DNA of 62,059 nt, counting the filler, from Sphacelaria rigidula (Eukaryota), in the NCBI GenBank assembly GCA_964200075.2. It is 5 parts of 5 records of this genome, joined end to end, with 100 filler letters (N's around TTAATTAATTAA, not from the genome) between each part and the next. Parts side by side here need not be neighbours in the genome. Positions count along the whole stretch, not along the records: positions 49,735 to 62,059 come from CAXNAA020003884.1; 4 more parts are not named here. The stretch is one strand, 5' to 3'. Each line of letters opens with the position of its first letter. The first letter of the stretch is position 1. This document shows, piece after piece, positions 61,969-62,059 of this stretch. A model generated the notes under the pieces. The model worked only from the letters and a program-made list of their open reading frames with translations, had not been told where the DNA came from and made no database searches. Position numbers and translations under genes: made by a program.

Positions 61969-62059
61969 TAGTAAGGCGCGGCCTTAGTTTTTTTTTTTTT
62001 CCGGCGGGGAAATGATTCTACCGCTCTCTCTCTTTCGTCTGCCGGAAATATAGGCTTTA

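Overview
This is eukaryotic genomic DNA, most likely from a brown alga or other stramenopile. That assignment is inferred from GT-AG introns of up to several kb, low-complexity exons, TTAGGG-like tracts and the repeat landscape. The window is scaffolded across four 100-bp gap spacers. I built spliced models by hand with phase-consistent junctions: (1) a 5'-incomplete prenyltransferase-alpha-repeat (PTAR1-like) gene, + strand, 12903-21918; (2) a complete Trm10-family tRNA m1G9 methyltransferase, - strand, 26844-29376; (3) a CAMK-group Ser/Thr kinase with an HFD catalytic loop, - strand, 38069-46694; (4) an unknown multi-exon gene, - strand, 47339-53331; (5) a probably single-exon disordered protein carrying a repeated EMxxWL(S/T)xSD motif, - strand, 53694-55538; (6) the first exon of a divergent, possibly Asp/ASPM-like gene, + strand, from 56288. 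Introns and intergenic space are packed with non-autonomous transposons: Harbinger-type (TTA/TAA), piggyBac-type (TTAA) and hAT-type (8-bp TSD) MITEs, foldback elements, LINE fragments and tRNA-related SINE heads. The most notable observations are Harbinger MITEs stacked and nested in each other's TIRs, two diverged inverted relics of a possible PD-(D/E)xK nuclease gene, the tryptophan-acidic repeat protein, and several long hairpins. No CRISPR array, rRNA or intact tRNA was found, and I cannot confirm a novel biological system from sequence alone.
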